Part shown: piece by piece, positions 62,906 to 64,000 of the stretch
How positions within the stretch are numbered: position 1 is the stretch's first letter
How the letters are laid out: each line of letters starts with the position of its first letter
NCBI GenBank assembly: GCA_030324005.1
Contig: JARDVH010000106.1
Coordinates: forward strand, 34,834,242-34,898,241
Origin: Negaprion brevirostris
Lineage: Eukaryota
Reading direction: 5' to 3'
DNA: 64,000 nt
Made by a program: the position numbers and the translations under genes
The notes under the pieces: model-generated
Told to the model about the DNA's origin: nothing
The model's database searches: none
What the model saw: only the letters and a program-made list of their open reading frames with translations

Positions 62906-64000
62906 TCAATTATAAGAACATAAGAAATAGGAGCAGGAGTAGGCCATCTAGACCTTCGAGCCTGCNNNNNNNNNNNNNNNNNNNNNNNNNNNNNNNNNNN
63001 NNNNNNNNNNNNNNNNNNNNNNNNNNNNNNNNNNNNNNNNNNNNNNNNNNNNNNNNNNNNNNNNNNNNNNNNNNNCTGCAACAGGAAAAGAAAGTCAAGT
63101 GCCCCTCTCCTGAACATTAAACTTTGATTCCTTTAATGGTGATGGTCAGGGTTCCCTTCAACACATGGTCAGCAATATGTGCTGACATGAATAAGGTTCA
63201 GATTGGCAGCTCAGACATCAAAGCAGAGTTAGACCCTGACTGACGCCACAACCTGCTTAATCTTCATGATTCTGGAACAAGCCCTTCCGGACATGAGGAT
63301 AGGCATGGGACAAGCCAGATGTTATCAACAGTGGGCGCCTACCGTTCTTGGTTTCTCCTAGTTCCCACTGCACCAAAAGCAACGGCTCTACAAGCTGAAC
63401 TTTGCAGGCACAGCATTTAAAAAGTACAAAATAATAATCTTAAAGGGAAACAAAGAAGCTAACATATAGAACAATAATTATAACTGTATTTGCTTATATA
63501 GATGAATATAGCTTCTGTTCATGTAAAAATCAACAAACTATACTAACCACCCTTTGCGTTAAATTTTGTCTGATTCCACTCCTGTCATTCATCTTGGGAC
63601 ATTTTCCTATGTTAAAGGTGCTAAATGCATAACATTGTTGTTGAAGCTAATTTCCTAATCCCTCTCTCCATCCTTCTCACAGGTTTTTGTTGTCTGACTA
63701 TTATTTCTCCTCTTCACAGCTCTCAGATTTTTAAAAGCTGACTTGGCAATGATCCCCGATGGGTTGAATTAATGGATTTGACACCACAGCAATGAGTGTC
63801 AATGATCCCACTGATCACATTATCTTTCATTGTTTATAGCGTATTGGTTCAGACACCCTCTCTAAAATTTAATCAATATCTGCCATCCTGGTTGTCCTGT
63901 GCAGATTCAACTCCTCGTGATCAAAGTTTAACTCAACAACATTTTTAATATGTACTCACTGATTTCCCATGGCACAGAATACCAATTTGAATTTTTCAGG

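Overview
Eukaryotic genomic DNA from a draft assembly with many N gaps. It is almost certainly a shark or other elasmobranch, inferred from abundant HE1-type tRNA SINEs, HER1/CR1 LINEs and SacSINE1-like Deu-SINEs. The only intact protein-coding sequence is the last two coding exons of MAB21L3 on the minus strand (51925-51731 and 49437-49204). Much of the window is transposon debris: CR1, RTE, L2-like, Rex/Babar, Penelope with decayed hammerhead cores, hAT, PIF/Harbinger and an LTR. The main result is that much of the non-repeat DNA between about 47.9 kb and 0.7 kb reads, on the minus strand only, as roughly 18 exon remnants of one large, heavily decayed, secreted mosaic gene. Many remnants keep AG/GT splice sites. 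The apparent modules are a signal peptide, repeated Caspr/CNTNAP-type fibrinogen-related domains, GON-like, EGF, Sushi, C-type lectin, Ig, SRCR and CUB. It starts about 1.3 kb downstream of the MAB21L3 stop and looks like an old unitary pseudogene with several transposons inserted inside its exons. Domain calls come from manual translation and motif recognition across stops and frameshifts, so they need HMM/GeneWise confirmation. Bases 1-120 look like the edge of an ETS/ZNF143-type housekeeping promoter. Transposon boundaries are approximate unless TIRs or TSDs are quoted.
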